From contig DAHO01000045.1 in assembly GCA_002498455.1 (NCBI GenBank), forward strand, positions 7,777-67,828: a stretch of 60,052 nucleotides of DNA. The letters run 5' to 3'. Below, in pieces: positions 27,131-37,792 of this stretch (position 1 is the first letter of the stretch; every line of letters begins with the position of its first letter). The DNA is from Euryarchaeota archaeon UBA602 (GTDB lineage: Archaea; Thermoplasmatota; Poseidoniia; Poseidoniales; Thalassarchaeaceae). The position numbers and the translations under genes are program-made. The notes under the pieces are model-generated. The model had not been told where the DNA came from. It saw only the letters and a program-made list of their open reading frames with translations, and did not search any database.

Positions 27131-27748
27131 TCATTTATTCTTAAATCGCTTGAGACGGAAGGTCTCTTCGCGCTCCATTTCTTCCAATCGAAGTTGGATG
27201 AATGATTGAGCCTCTTGCATCTCGGGAATCACTTTGAATTCCAACGCGTTCACACGGCGCTTAGTCGCCTCAATTTCGACCAAAAGGCGCTTCAATGTGG
27301 CTTCCATCTCGGCTGCCTTGACAATGTTTTCAATCAACGCAGAGTAAGAATCTGCTGCTTCGTCAATGTAAGCTGAACCTCCAATCAAACCCACACCGCG
27401 CTCACTGATGGTGCTGGTCAAATTGGATCCTTGTACGCTGGGAACGACAACACCCATGATATTGCGAGGACTGACCTCGACTTCGGGACGGTTTGAGATT
27501 GCGATTGCGGCACTCTTGACCGCCAATCCACCCTCAATCGCACCGGCAAGGCTGATTGATTCAACCGCTTGTCTGTAGGTCCCCACCAATCCTTCACGCG
27601 CCTCAATCATCTCAGAAAGAAGGGTTCGGAATTCGTGGAACAATCCGTCACGCTTGAGCTTCAACAGATTGTATCCATTCTGTGTCTGCTTAATCCGACG
27701 CTTGAGATTGATGAGTTCAGAGCGTGTGGGTTTGATGTCCAATGCCAT
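27131..27748 (-). CDS. atpD: A-type ATP synthase subunit D
   Basis: MALDIKPTRSELINLKRRIK.. is the conserved V/A-type D N-terminus. This is the last gene of the operon. Confidence 0.9.
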   Translation of the reverse strand: MALDIKPTRSELINLKRRIKQTQNGYNLLKLKRDGLFHEFRTLLSEMIEAREGLVGTYRQAVESISLAGAIEGGLAVKSAAIAISNRPEVEVSPRNIMGVVVPSVQGSNLTSTISERGVGLIGGSAYIDEAADSYSALIENIVKAAEMEATLKRLLVEIEATKRRVNALEFKVIPEMQEAQSFIQLRLEEMEREETFRLKRFKNK

Positions 27749-27780
27749 GATTTCTCACCTCCAGTTACTCAATTGCCCAA

Positions 27781-29160
27781 TCACTTCTTTTCGGTAGGAT
27801 GATACTTGTCAATCCACTTCTGGTCTAGACGGACTAGATATTTGGTGGAAATATTCTGCATGAGATCCCAACACAAATCAAGGGTCTCATCGATCGAACG
27901 ATCTTCATCACGGCTCTGTCGCAGGAACTTGTCTTCAAACAATCCAGAGAAGTCTAGCAATTGCTTGTCACGCTCGTTCAATGCATCTTCACCAACAATG
28001 GCGACAAGACCGCGCAATTCACGGCCCTGTGCATAGGCGGCATACATTTGGTCAGATACCGACTTGTGGTCCTCACGGGTCGTTTTCTCACCGATACAAC
28101 CACCCATCAATCGAGATAGGCTTGGAAGTACGTTGATTGGAGGATAGATACCTGAACCGTGCAACTCACGCGAAATTACGATTTGGCCTTCTGTAATGTA
28201 TCCAGAAAGGTCCGGAATCGGGTGCGTGATATCGTCACCGGGCATGGTCAGAATGGGGAACTGCGTGATGCTGCCCTTCTTGCCCTTCACTAGACCGGCA
28301 CGCTCGTACAGCATGGCCAAGTCAGTGTACATGTAACCAGGATAACCACGTCGACCGGGCACTTCTTCACGTGCAGCACCGATTTGACGAAGAGCGTCAC
28401 AGTAGTTAGTCACGTCAGTGTAAACAACCAGTACGTGATAATCATGCTCAAAGGCAAGGTATTCTGCAGCAGTGAGTGCCAATCGAGGAGTAATCAATCG
28501 CTCGACAGCGGGGTCGTCTGCCAAGTTGACGAATAGTACCGCATTCTCCAGTGCACCTGTTCGCTCAAGGTCACTTCGGAAGAAGTTGTATTCCTCAGCA
28601 GTGATTCCCATAGCGCAGAACACTACGATGAACTCTTCATCGCTGTCCTTCAGTTTTGCTTGACGTGCGATTTGCAGTGCAATGTCATTGTGTGGCAAAC
28701 CAGACGCACTGAAAATGGGCAACTTTTGTCCACGGACGAGAGTTGTACAGCAATCGATTGCACTGATTCCTGTCTGAATGAAATCGTGAGGTGATTGACG
28801 ACTGTATGGGTTGATTGCAGCACCAATGATGTCGGCTTCACCCTCTGCAACAATGGCTGGGCCACCGTCACGGGGTCGACCAGCACCGTCCAGAATTCGC
28901 CCGATCAAATCCTTGCTCACGGGTAGCTTAAACACGTCACCCATGAACTTGACACCAGTTCCTAGATCGACACCTGCGGTTCCTTCGAACACCTGTACGA
29001 CGACCATGTCGTCACTGGTATCGAGAACCTGACCGTTCTTCATACTACCATCTGTCAAGCGCAATTGCACGATTTCACCGTAAGCTACAGGTTCGGTCTT
29101 CTCAAGGAAAACAAGCGGGCCTTTCACGTCTGTAATTGTTCGATATTCCTTTCCACTCAT
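27781..29160 (-). CDS. atpB: A-type ATP synthase subunit B
   Basis: [15 protein letters not shown].., [15 protein letters not shown] and [15 protein letters not shown] are typical non-catalytic B subunit motifs. Confidence 0.95.
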   Translation of the reverse strand: MSGKEYRTITDVKGPLVFLEKTEPVAYGEIVQLRLTDGSMKNGQVLDTSDDMVVVQVFEGTAGVDLGTGVKFMGDVFKLPVSKDLIGRILDGAGRPRDGGPAIVAEGEADIIGAAINPYSRQSPHDFIQTGISAIDCCTTLVRGQKLPIFSASGLPHNDIALQIARQAKLKDSDEEFIVVFCAMGITAEEYNFFRSDLERTGALENAVLFVNLADDPAVERLITPRLALTAAEYLAFEHDYHVLVVYTDVTNYCDALRQIGAAREEVPGRRGYPGYMYTDLAMLYERAGLVKGKKGSITQFPILTMPGDDITHPIPDLSGYITEGQIVISRELHGSGIYPPINVLPSLSRLMGGCIGEKTTREDHKSVSDQMYAAYAQGRELRGLVAIVGEDALNERDKQLLDFSGLFEDKFLRQSRDEDRSIDETLDLCWDLMQNISTKYLVRLDQKWIDKYHPTEKK

Positions 29161-29171
29161 CTAAATCCCTC

Positions 29172-30914
29172 CTAGTTTTCCTCCGCCGCTGCGGCAATTT
29201 GTTTGTTCATTTCGTCAACCAATCCATCGACACGGTCGAGGTAACCGGGTTCGAATCGGTCGCGCATCAGGTTGGTACGTGCTGGGACGTTCACAACATC
29301 CTCCAACTGACCCCCTGCTGCGAGTGCCTTCTTGGCTGAATCTTGGAATGTTAGAATGGCTTTGGCCATCTTATATTGTTGCTCTAGACCCGAATATGCG
29401 TCGACATCGTGGAATCCATTCTGTTGCAAGAAGAATTCACGAATCATACGTGCGACTTCAAGTGTCAACTGCTGGTCGACAGGAAGGGCATCCGAACCGA
29501 CCAACTGAACAATTTCTTGCAACTCGGCTTCAACCTGAAGCAGACTGCTGATTTCGGTTCGAATCTCGGGGAAATCTGTAGCGATGTTGTCACGGAACCA
29601 CTGATCTAGACTCTGAGGATACAGAGAGTACGAACTGAGCCAGTTGATTGCAGGGAAGTGGCGCTGTCGGGCCAAACCTGCATCCAATCCCCAAAATACC
29701 TTCACAATTCGAAGAGTACCTTGGGACACTGGTTCGCTAATATCTCCACCAGGTGGTGATACTGCACCAATCACAGTGACTGAACCGTCTTCACCTTCCA
29801 AGGTCTCGACACGGCCAGCGCGCTCGTAAAACTCAGCCAAGCGACTGGACAAGTACGCAGGGTATCCTTCCTCACCAGGCATTTCTTCTAGACGGCTACT
29901 GATTTCACGCATAGCTTCAGCCCATCGACTGGTGGAGTCTGCCATCAGTGCGACGTCATAGCCCATGTCACGGAAGTATTCCGCGATGGTGATTCCAGTG
30001 TATACCGATGCTTCACGTGCAGCCACAGGCATGTTTGAGGTGTTGGCAATCATCACAGTTCGATTCATCAGAGGCTTGCCGGTGTTTGGATCAATCAAGT
30101 GAGGGAACTCATCCAACACTTCAGTCATCTCGTTACCACGCTCACCACATCCGATGTAAACCACAATCTGGGCGTCCGAATACTTGGCCAGCGATTGCTG
30201 TGTGACCGTCTTTCCTGAGCCGAATGGACCAGGGATTCCAGCCGCACCACCCTTTGCGAGTGGGAATAAGAAATCGAGAATGCGCATACCGGTGACGAGC
30301 GGTGTATCTGGCGCATACTTCTGCTTGAAAGGCCGTGGTGAACGGACCGGCCACTTCTGCATCATCTGAATTTCAGTACCATCATCAAGAGTACATACGG
30401 TTTGAGTGACGTTGAATGAACCGCTCTCGATACTGGCAACCTTCCCACTTGTTCCGGGAGGTAACATGACTTTGTGCACAATGGTTTCAGTCTCTTGTAC
30501 TGTACCAATCACATTGCCAGATTCAAGTTCATCGCCAACTGAAACTGTGGCTTCAAAGTCCCAGATCTTTTCCAAATCTAGACCATCAGCATCTACACCA
30601 CGTTCGATGAAGGTACCCATGGTTTTCTCCAAAACCGGCAGTGGGCGTTGGATTCCGTCGTAAATCTGCGTTAGCAGACCCGGTCCCAACTGTACCGATA
30701 GCGTCTGACCGGTGCGTACCACCGGCTCGCCCGGGCGGATGCCGGACGTATCTTCATACACTTGGATAACAGACTTGTCACCGTGTAATTCAATCACTTC
30801 GCCCATCAATCCTTCATGCCCTACGCGTACAACTTCATACATTCTTGAACGGATGCCTGTGGCCGTCACCACAGGTCCAGAAATACGGTAAATCACTCCA
30901 TTTTCGTCACTCAT
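29172..30914 (-). CDS. atpA: A-type ATP synthase catalytic subunit A
   Basis: Walker [10 protein letters not shown], then [13 protein letters not shown] and [10 protein letters not shown]. 580 aa. Confidence 0.95.
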   Translation of the reverse strand: MSDENGVIYRISGPVVTATGIRSRMYEVVRVGHEGLMGEVIELHGDKSVIQVYEDTSGIRPGEPVVRTGQTLSVQLGPGLLTQIYDGIQRPLPVLEKTMGTFIERGVDADGLDLEKIWDFEATVSVGDELESGNVIGTVQETETIVHKVMLPPGTSGKVASIESGSFNVTQTVCTLDDGTEIQMMQKWPVRSPRPFKQKYAPDTPLVTGMRILDFLFPLAKGGAAGIPGPFGSGKTVTQQSLAKYSDAQIVVYIGCGERGNEMTEVLDEFPHLIDPNTGKPLMNRTVMIANTSNMPVAAREASVYTGITIAEYFRDMGYDVALMADSTSRWAEAMREISSRLEEMPGEEGYPAYLSSRLAEFYERAGRVETLEGEDGSVTVIGAVSPPGGDISEPVSQGTLRIVKVFWGLDAGLARQRHFPAINWLSSYSLYPQSLDQWFRDNIATDFPEIRTEISSLLQVEAELQEIVQLVGSDALPVDQQLTLEVARMIREFFLQQNGFHDVDAYSGLEQQYKMAKAILTFQDSAKKALAAGGQLEDVVNVPARTNLMRDRFEPGYLDRVDGLVDEMNKQIAAAAEEN

Positions 30915-30938
30915 TTTTCGTCACTTCCTTTTTTTGGA

Positions 30939-31238
30939 TTACTTCCAAAGGTCGACGCCAAGCGCCGACTTGATGGACTCTCGGAGGGTATTGTCCTCTT
31001 CGGTCCCAATGCCCAACACTGTGGGCGTAATGCTGTCTGCTATCTGCGAGCGCAGACGATCAGACAAGCGAGTCATATCAGCACTATCGATAACGACAAT
31101 GCCCACATCCTTCTGGCTTAGAAGGCCTCGCATGACTTCAGCGAGTTCTTCATCACCGTTGGGATGATGCAATCGGCTGATTCCAGCCAATTGGAATCCT
31201 AAGGTGAATTCGGGTGTACCAACAACAGCAATCTCCAT
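30939..31238 (-). CDS. atpF: A-type ATP synthase subunit F
   Basis: MEIAVVGTPEFTLGFQLAGI.., 99 aa, in the operon position between C and A. Confidence 0.85.
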   Translation of the reverse strand: MEIAVVGTPEFTLGFQLAGISRLHHPNGDEELAEVMRGLLSQKDVGIVVIDSADMTRLSDRLRSQIADSITPTVLGIGTEEDNTLRESIKSALGVDLWK

Positions 31239-31247
31239 TTTTTCACC

Positions 31248-32294
31248 TCACAGATTCATGTGCGCTTCGATGACCTCATCAGAGAGGCCTGCCGCTTTGC
31301 CACGCACAAGCAAGCGGATGTTTTGCACCTCGAGCACTTTGCTCTCAATGTAGTGAATCACGGGGAATGCTGACAGCGGATTCAGGTAAGAGAAGCGGCG
31401 CATCATTGAGTTGCGCTGTTCTTGCAATAGTGAGACCACGGGGTCTAAACTGGTTGCAGATGCCTGAATGGCGTCATCAAATCCGGTATCATCGAATGAG
31501 GTGGCTCGGCGGAGGGCCTCAAGCACACCTTCATTCGAATCGGCCATTGATGCAGTTTTGAGAACTGCTTTGGAAATCTTGCCACCGCCAATCATCAGAG
31601 CATCTCGATCTTCTCCATTGATTCCCTGACGGAGGCCACGGAATTGGTTGATGATATTTCGATGGTCAATTTCAACCTGGATGTATTTCTCCAATAATGG
31701 TGGGCTATCGGGTCCACGGATGGCATCCAATGCATCGCGGTAGTACGCAGAGTCGAGTGTGTCTTCCATCTCCTGTAGGCTCGCATCGACCTCAAGACGA
31801 GATAGGGCGTAACCCCAAGGAGTTCCGGACATCGCTGCGACTGCGTCGCTCAAGCTGTCACAATTTCGAACAATATCGAGCCACTTACTGTTGCTCATAT
31901 TTTCCTCAGGAAGGACTTGACTCGAGACCATTTCGATATCTGCACCACTATGTATGGCGCGCAAGACGGTCTTTGCGTTCTGGTATGAGAATCGCTTGAC
32001 ATACACAGCAACGGTGGATTTCAACCGACCTTGGCAGAAGCCGAGAACGGTTTCAAGATCCGCATCCAAATTATGATTCAGTGCGGCTTCAATAAGATCC
32101 GCGCCAGACAAACGGGGAGCATACAAATCAATCTCATTTCGATAACCCATGTCACCGATTGAGATACCAATGGTATCCGGGCCCTGTTGCAATAGTTGGC
32201 GCATACGAGTTGAATCAATAAGCCCTGCACGCCGTGTTTTCGCACGCGCAGCAGCATTGGCCACATTGCTGCGACCGTTATTGACTCGAACCAT
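31248..32294 (-). CDS. atpC: A-type ATP synthase subunit C
   Basis: 348-aa helical protein in the canonical operon position (E-C-F). The YAYANARVRA-like N-terminal region is degenerate (NVANAAARAKTRRA). Confidence 0.8.
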   Translation of the reverse strand: MVRVNNGRSNVANAAARAKTRRAGLIDSTRMRQLLQQGPDTIGISIGDMGYRNEIDLYAPRLSGADLIEAALNHNLDADLETVLGFCQGRLKSTVAVYVKRFSYQNAKTVLRAIHSGADIEMVSSQVLPEENMSNSKWLDIVRNCDSLSDAVAAMSGTPWGYALSRLEVDASLQEMEDTLDSAYYRDALDAIRGPDSPPLLEKYIQVEIDHRNIINQFRGLRQGINGEDRDALMIGGGKISKAVLKTASMADSNEGVLEALRRATSFDDTGFDDAIQASATSLDPVVSLLQEQRNSMMRRFSYLNPLSAFPVIHYIESKVLEVQNIRLLVRGKAAGLSDEVIEAHMNL

Positions 32295-32307
32295 TTTCTC
32301 ACCTCAG

Positions 32308-32886
32308 TTAATTTCCAAATAATGTTTCGTTGACAGATGCTAGGCTGGCTTTCCAAGCCTCTTCAAGGCGACTGTCAAATCTGTAATCTAGTACGATCGA
32401 ACTGTCTGCGGATTCAAGTGTGAATCCTCCCAGTCCGTCGATATCTGCTCCAAAGTTGAATCCCTTCGCTTCCTTCTCTAGCGCTTTGCGGTCAATCGAG
32501 ACAGGGCGCATGGTCATGCCATCCCCCTCTTTCTTGGCCTCAGCAACAAGGGCTTTGATGAGGGCTGCGCGGCCTGATAGTTTGGCCGAACCAACCTCTG
32601 CCTTGACGGCATCCCATGTAGCATCCAACTCCTTTGCTTTTGCAATGAGTTCACGCTTCTGGTTATCCTGTCGAGAGGATGCAACGAGTTCCTTTGAGAG
32701 CTGTGTGGCTTCGCGCTCGGCTCGAGAAACAAGTGCTTCTCGAATCTCGGCAACTTCTGCCTCAGCCTCTTTATCCAGTGATTTGGCCGTTTTCTTGGCT
32801 TCATCCTTGAGGGCCTTGGCTTCCGCCTTTGCCTGAGCGGCAATTTCGTCAGCTAACGCTTCTAGAGACATCATCACACATTCCAT
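32308..32886 (-). CDS. atpE: A-type ATP synthase subunit E
   Basis: Ala/Lys/Glu-rich N-terminal helix (EIAAQAKAEAKALKDEAKK) plus a globular C-terminus, in the expected operon position. Alternative starts at 32874 and 32871. Confidence 0.8.
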   Translation of the reverse strand: MECVMMSLEALADEIAAQAKAEAKALKDEAKKTAKSLDKEAEAEVAEIREALVSRAEREATQLSKELVASSRQDNQKRELIAKAKELDATWDAVKAEVGSAKLSGRAALIKALVAEAKKEGDGMTMRPVSIDRKALEKEAKGFNFGADIDGLGGFTLESADSSIVLDYRFDSRLEEAWKASLASVNETLFGN

Positions 32887-32918
32887 TTAGAGTCGTATCT
32901 GTGGTTTGACCGTTCTGC

Positions 32919-33236
32919 TTAGAGCAAGAACATGGCCAAGAAACCGAACAGGACGATGGTCTCAGGCAACGCAGTGAAGATCAGCGCGTGAGTGAATCGG
33001 TCCTTGTCCTCGGCCAACATGCCGACGGCGGCTGCGCCAATTTGTCCTTGGCTCATACCGGTACCGATACCAGTTAGACCGAGTGCAAGACCTGCACCGA
33101 TCATCTTCATTGCTGCTTCTGTACTTGCGTTGTCTGCTGAATCTGCAGTCTGAGCGGCTACAATGCCTGTTGCAATAAACAACACACTCGAGACAAGCAT
33201 CATTCGAACGCCTGCTTTCAGGGTTTTATTTTTCAT
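32919..33236 (-). CDS. atpK: A-type ATP synthase proteolipid subunit K (c)
   Basis: Hairpin GAGLALGLTGIGTGMSQGQIGAAAVG...ALPETIVLFGFL with the carboxylate in PET. An AGGAGG box lies 6 nt upstream of ATG 33236. An extra N-terminal hydrophobic segment is present. Confidence 0.85.
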   Translation of the reverse strand: MKNKTLKAGVRMMLVSSVLFIATGIVAAQTADSADNASTEAAMKMIGAGLALGLTGIGTGMSQGQIGAAAVGMLAEDKDRFTHALIFTALPETIVLFGFLAMFLL

Positions 33237-33284
33237 TTTCATTTCCTCCTTTTTTCCATTGCTATGCAAGGAATGTGATATGCG

Positions 33285-35519
33285 CTACTCCACCTCCACG
33301 CGGCGCGCTTTGAATCCGAATGGCTTGAACGCCTCGCCACTCGAGTCGTAGAACTGGCGCATCCATTCCACGAAGTGCAATCGCACTGCGTGGATGTTTG
33401 GACTGAATACACCAAGTCCCCATGCAAATAGTTGAACCATGAGCCAACCAATGATGATTACTGGGAATAATGGGCTTGAGAAATCAAGGCTTCCATACAA
33501 CATGTTGTTGCCTGTTTCAGCGATCTTCACACCAACCACACCGACGGCGAAAAGACGCACATAGGAGAGAACCGTAGGCAACATACCGATTGCTTCGATG
33601 CCTGCCAATCCGATGTTAATCGGGAATGGAACGCCATGATATCTGAACAATGTCCACATCAACATGCCCAAACCAATCGCGAAATTGGCCACACCGACCG
33701 TCATCACAGTACCCATCAAGTCAATGTAGTCTTGATCGGGGTTGACCCATTTTTCTTCGTATGCGGGAACAGAAAGGAATGCGTAGGCTGCGAGGAAACC
33801 GCCAATGAGGATTAGCATCCAACTGCCCTTCTCGAATAAGGCGCAGACGAATCCTTGGTCGCCGTGACCATTTCCATACAGCCAAATGTCCCGGAAGCCA
33901 ACTGTTAGTCCAATGAGAATGTGTGCGACGCCCAAATAGATGGTGAGAAGAATGAGGTGCTCAAGGTTGCCACCGTGTGCAACATCGGAGACTCGGTGGA
34001 ATGGGTAAGCGAGTGTGAGTCCGAATGGCCCATCCAGAACCCAGTGGACTTCGCCACCGTTCGGATACATGACGGTCATCCAAGCAACCCAGCCTGGTAA
34101 AGACTGATCGTGTTCTGTACCAAATTTTGGTTCTTTCCAATAATAGTGACCATGTGAGCCATCGGGAAGGACGTGTGCCTCACATTGAGCAACGCCAACG
34201 ATGCCTTCGATGTAATATCCTGCATCATCCTTGCAGACTCCGTGTGGAAGGAACTCAAAGCCGGCAAACTCGCCATAGATATAGCCGAAGATGACCGTGG
34301 CAATTCCAATGTAAACGAGGAATTTACCACCCAAATTCATGAGTTCATTGTTGCCAGCACGGCTCATGACAAACGCACCCAGTCCGAGTGTGACCAAACC
34401 GTAGGCCATGTCTCCCAGCATCAATCCGAAGAAGATGGGGTAAGTGACGAACATGAAGAGGGTCGGATCAATTCGACCGTAGCCTGGACGACCCACAGCA
34501 TCGGTCAGCAATTCCATCGGTTTGCTGGCTGTGCGATCTTGATATGCAATCGGTGGCATTTCCTGATGATGGTGGTGGTCCGAATGTCCATGACCGCCGC
34601 CGCCAGGTTCAATCTTGAAGGGTTCAATGTCAACAACCGTGCAAATGGATGAGAGGGCGCTGTTCACTTCGTCAGCTCGGGCCATCTCAACCCATCCATC
34701 GACAATGAATGCATGGTCCGTGGTTGCGATTCGGACTGGCGCAGTGGCCAATTCTTGATCTCGCTCCAACAATTCCAAACCCGAGTGGAGTGAGTCGGCG
34801 TTTGAATCGACCCAAGCTTCAAGACTGGAATTCAGTGTTTCCTGCTCGGCGAGTAGTTCATTCTTCTCAGCATCGATTTCACCCATTCGCATGACTAGGC
34901 TACCCTCGTATTCTGGAACCGGGGTTGGGGTGAAGCCTGCAACCTCCAAAGTAGCTTGAGCGGCTGCAGCATCCGCGTTCAACACGAATACACCAACCAC
35001 AGTCTGCTTTCCTGCGCTGCCGGTGAACATGAGACCGCCCTTCGGGACTTCAACCACTTTGGCGTCTCGAACGGTTCCAATGAAGCAAGTGAGATTCTCA
35101 TACCCGGACAACAAATCGATTTCCAATTTGAGAGGGGCGACCATCGATAGCATCGATTGCTCATCGGAAAGAGCCTTCAGTGCAGACTCAACTTCATCCA
35201 AGCGGTCTTGTGTGGATACCAGTGTATCGACCTGTGAATACAAATCTCCTGAGAGGGATGAGCGGACTTCTTTGATGGACTTGACTGAATTGGATTTCGC
35301 CGCAACCATACCGGCCGCGTTGCGCAACTTGTTGACATCACGACTCAATTGATCCGCGGTGTCGCGGGGCGAACCCATGCTGAGATCATCGTCCTCTCCA
35401 TCGTAGTCTACAAGGTGTAGAGCACGAATTTGAGCGAGCATCTCGATTGTTGCATCCAATTTATCCAACGTACCCGAAGCGACCAAACGGCCCATTCTTC
35501 GGGTGTGGATCTGAGACAT
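33285..35519 (-). CDS. atpI: A-type ATP synthase subunit I (a-type stator)
   Basis: 744 aa with a soluble N-terminal half and a polytopic C-terminal half containing the conserved LSYVRLFAVG Arg motif. Confidence 0.9.
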   Translation of the reverse strand: MSQIHTRRMGRLVASGTLDKLDATIEMLAQIRALHLVDYDGEDDDLSMGSPRDTADQLSRDVNKLRNAAGMVAAKSNSVKSIKEVRSSLSGDLYSQVDTLVSTQDRLDEVESALKALSDEQSMLSMVAPLKLEIDLLSGYENLTCFIGTVRDAKVVEVPKGGLMFTGSAGKQTVVGVFVLNADAAAAQATLEVAGFTPTPVPEYEGSLVMRMGEIDAEKNELLAEQETLNSSLEAWVDSNADSLHSGLELLERDQELATAPVRIATTDHAFIVDGWVEMARADEVNSALSSICTVVDIEPFKIEPGGGGHGHSDHHHHQEMPPIAYQDRTASKPMELLTDAVGRPGYGRIDPTLFMFVTYPIFFGLMLGDMAYGLVTLGLGAFVMSRAGNNELMNLGGKFLVYIGIATVIFGYIYGEFAGFEFLPHGVCKDDAGYYIEGIVGVAQCEAHVLPDGSHGHYYWKEPKFGTEHDQSLPGWVAWMTVMYPNGGEVHWVLDGPFGLTLAYPFHRVSDVAHGGNLEHLILLTIYLGVAHILIGLTVGFRDIWLYGNGHGDQGFVCALFEKGSWMLILIGGFLAAYAFLSVPAYEEKWVNPDQDYIDLMGTVMTVGVANFAIGLGMLMWTLFRYHGVPFPINIGLAGIEAIGMLPTVLSYVRLFAVGVVGVKIAETGNNMLYGSLDFSSPLFPVIIIGWLMVQLFAWGLGVFSPNIHAVRLHFVEWMRQFYDSSGEAFKPFGFKARRVEVE

Positions 35520-35537
35520 GATTCTCCCTCATTCAGA

Positions 35538-35861
35538 TTATGCTCTAAACGCATCAAGTACGATGTCTACTGCACTGGAACGATTTGATTCACCATCGTT
35601 GTGAATGGATTCAATGGCTTTGTCTCCTTTCTTGGAGACTTTGTTCGCTTCCTTCTGGGCGGCGGCTCGAGCGTCATCGACCATTTGTTGGGAATCGGCC
35701 TGTGCTTGAGTCCTACCCTCACTAACTGTTTCAGCTGCGGCAACTCGTGCTTTGGTGACGATATTGCTGGCTTCAGACTCTGCCTTGGCCAGTGTCGCAG
35801 CGGCATCCGCCTCGGCATCTTTGATGGTTCGTAATACATCGGCTCGACTCATTGAATCCAC
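35538..35861 (-). CDS. atpH: A-type ATP synthase subunit H
   Basis: 107-aa Ala/Glu/Lys-rich helical protein (IKDAEADAAATLAKAESEA..). First gene of the operon. Confidence 0.75.
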   Translation of the reverse strand: MDSMSRADVLRTIKDAEADAAATLAKAESEASNIVTKARVAAAETVSEGRTQAQADSQQMVDDARAAAQKEANKVSKKGDKAIESIHNDGESNRSSAVDIVLDAFRA

Positions 35862-35889
35862 CTATGGTGGACCGGCGACCGTTGAGGGG

Positions 35890-35900
35890 TTTATGATGAT
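35890..35900 (-). promoter_or_regulatory. Possible TATA-like element of the ATP synthase operon
   Basis: The minus strand reads ATCATCATAAA about 30-39 nt upstream of the atpH ATG at 35861. Judged by position and AT-content only. Confidence 0.25.
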
Positions 35901-35962
35901 ACCCTCAGACCAATGAGGCTCTGATTTTTCAGAATGTGCGAAAACGACTGTAGGATTGAACC

Positions 35963-35970
35963 AAATATAC
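35963..35970 (+). promoter_or_regulatory. Possible TATA box (AAATATAC) of the methyltransferase gene
   Basis: It lies 20-27 nt upstream of ATG 35990, which is consistent with a leaderless transcript. Confidence 0.3.
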
Positions 35971-35989
35971 GATTGGAAGCCGCAACATA

Positions 35990-36691
35990 ATGGACACAGA
36001 ACGGATTGGTTCTGAGGATTGGGCTGAACTCCAGCGCAATCTTGAAGCGACCATCCCTGTGTACGATCGAATCAATCGATTCGCCACTATTGGACAGGAC
36101 AAGCGATGGCGAAAAATGGTCCGCAGTAGACTTCCTAGTGAAGGAAAAATTCTCGAAGTCGGCTGTGGACCCGGGACTTTTGCTGAGATGATTCCTGATC
36201 GTGACCTCACCTGTTTAGACCCAATTCCAGCAATGCTTTCAGTGGCAGAAAAAAGGGTCAACTCCCAACGCGATGCCCCGGCAGAATTTGTTGAAGGGAC
36301 TGCCGAAGAAATGCCATTTGAAGATGAGAGTTTTGATGCAGCCTGTTCACTATTTTCATTCCGGGATTGGTATGACAAACGCGCGGGACTCTGCGAGGTA
36401 AAGCGTGTTCTCAAGCCAGGGGGCAAAGTTGTCATTGTGGATCCAGCTAAAATCAACAGGGTACATGGGTGGCTTGGATACCTATGGATGCGAATCTGGG
36501 TGGGTGCTTACGCGCGTTACATATGCAAGATGAGCGATCATCCGTGGAAATGGTTGACCAAAACTTACGTCCATTTTGGTACGACCAAGGATTATGTCAA
36601 GATGCTCAAAGATTGTGGATTTACCAACGTTAAAGCAAAACTTGTCTTTCCGGGAATGGCAACGATTTGGACGGCTACAAAACCCGAGTAG
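35990..36691 (+). CDS. UbiE/MenG-family (demethylmenaquinone-type) SAM-dependent methyltransferase
   Basis: IPVYDRINRFATIGQDKRWRK resembles the UbiE N-terminal motif (YDxxNxxxSxGxxxxWR). SAM motif I is ILEVGCGPG, followed by LKPGGKVVIVD. Confidence 0.7.
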   Translation: MDTERIGSEDWAELQRNLEATIPVYDRINRFATIGQDKRWRKMVRSRLPSEGKILEVGCGPGTFAEMIPDRDLTCLDPIPAMLSVAEKRVNSQRDAPAEFVEGTAEEMPFEDESFDAACSLFSFRDWYDKRAGLCEVKRVLKPGGKVVIVDPAKINRVHGWLGYLWMRIWVGAYARYICKMSDHPWKWLTKTYVHFGTTKDYVKMLKDCGFTNVKAKLVFPGMATIWTATKPE

Positions 36692-37792
36692 TCAGATTAT
36701 CCATAGCATGCGTCTACAGGTTACTGCGCGCCAGATGATACCTTTTGTCAATGGGTTAAACAGTGCGTTCAGCATCCAATCAGGAAGACGAAAAAGCAGA
36801 CTACCAAACTTGAATGAACGCTTGGAGTTTCGCATGACTTTACCCATCTGCTTATTCCAACGTTTTTCATATTCGCCTAATGGAGTTCCATCTTTGAGGT
36901 GTTCAGCGATCACTTGGCCTGCGATTCGACCCCCTACCATGGCGATGGTAATCCCTGCTCCATTCGAGGGTAGGACCATTCCCGCCGAATCACCAACTAA
37001 CATGTAATTCCCCTTGACGAATGTCTTGATTGTGCCAGACATCGGTAAGGAACCCGCACCTTTGAACGTGATTTTACCATCGTATTTTTGGATGAATTCA
37101 TCTGCATACTGGTTCATTGTTTTGCCTTTCGAAAAATTTCGCTGTATCCCCAGTCCAATATTTGCCCCACTAGACTTTGGGAACATCCAAGCATAACCCC
37201 CAGGGGCCATGGAACCAAAATGAAGTTCAACAGCCTCTCCGTAATCACCATCCATGAGCACAAACTTAACCGGAATTTTAAGCGATTTTTCATCCCAATA
37301 ATCTCTCCTAAGCGGGTCACTGTGCCCACCTGCACCGACGATCACCTTTGCAGATTTTTCATCACCATTTCTGAGAAAGACTGTATTCCCTTCTACGGAT
37401 TTAACATATTGGTCCGTCAAGTATGTTGCTCCCGCTTTTTTGGCGAGTTCCACTAGAGCTTCATCATGGGCCACACGGTTCAATACCAATCCTTCAAAGT
37501 CGTACTTTAGCGGCTTACCTGAAGGTGGTAAAACATGCATTTCCGTTGAAATTCTTGAGATAGCCTCGCTAGGTGTTTGAAACAAATCATCCATGTCCGG
37601 GACATCCGGACACAAACGCCTCATCTCGTCATTGCTAGGCACCAACTCACCGCATTGCAACGGTGTGCCAATCGGATCGCGACCATCGATGACAAGGACA
37701 TCCGCACCACCTTCGGCGGCGTAACGTGCAACTGTGCTGCCCGCAGGGCCACCTCCAATGATGATGACATCATGTTCAGCAGAATCAGTCAT
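36692..37792 (-). CDS. Geranylgeranyl reductase-family FAD-dependent prenyl reductase
   Basis: HDVIIIGGGPAGS dinucleotide-binding motif, then GDSAGMVLPSNGAGI. 366 aa. It overlaps the upstream prenyl synthase gene by 8 nt. Confidence 0.85.
   Translation of the reverse strand: MTDSAEHDVIIIGGGPAGSTVARYAAEGGADVLVIDGRDPIGTPLQCGELVPSNDEMRRLCPDVPDMDDLFQTPSEAISRISTEMHVLPPSGKPLKYDFEGLVLNRVAHDEALVELAKKAGATYLTDQYVKSVEGNTVFLRNGDEKSAKVIVGAGGHSDPLRRDYWDEKSLKIPVKFVLMDGDYGEAVELHFGSMAPGGYAWMFPKSSGANIGLGIQRNFSKGKTMNQYADEFIQKYDGKITFKGAGSLPMSGTIKTFVKGNYMLVGDSAGMVLPSNGAGITIAMVGGRIAGQVIAEHLKDGTPLGEYEKRWNKQMGKVMRNSKRSFKFGSLLFRLPDWMLNALFNPLTKGIIWRAVTCRRMLWII

Noticed and set aside
32420-32836. 138-aa plus-strand ORF (and the 109-aa minus-strand ORF 32514-32843)
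   Set aside because: These are the antisense and alternative frames of atpE. The Ala/Ser-rich sequence is a by-product of the GCN/GAR-rich coding strand.
34173-34652. 159-aa plus-strand ORF
   Set aside because: It is antisense to ATP synthase subunit I.
35929-36456. 175-aa minus-strand ORF
   Set aside because: It is antisense to the UbiE/MenG-type methyltransferase, which has clear SAM-binding motifs. It would also run through the divergent promoter region.
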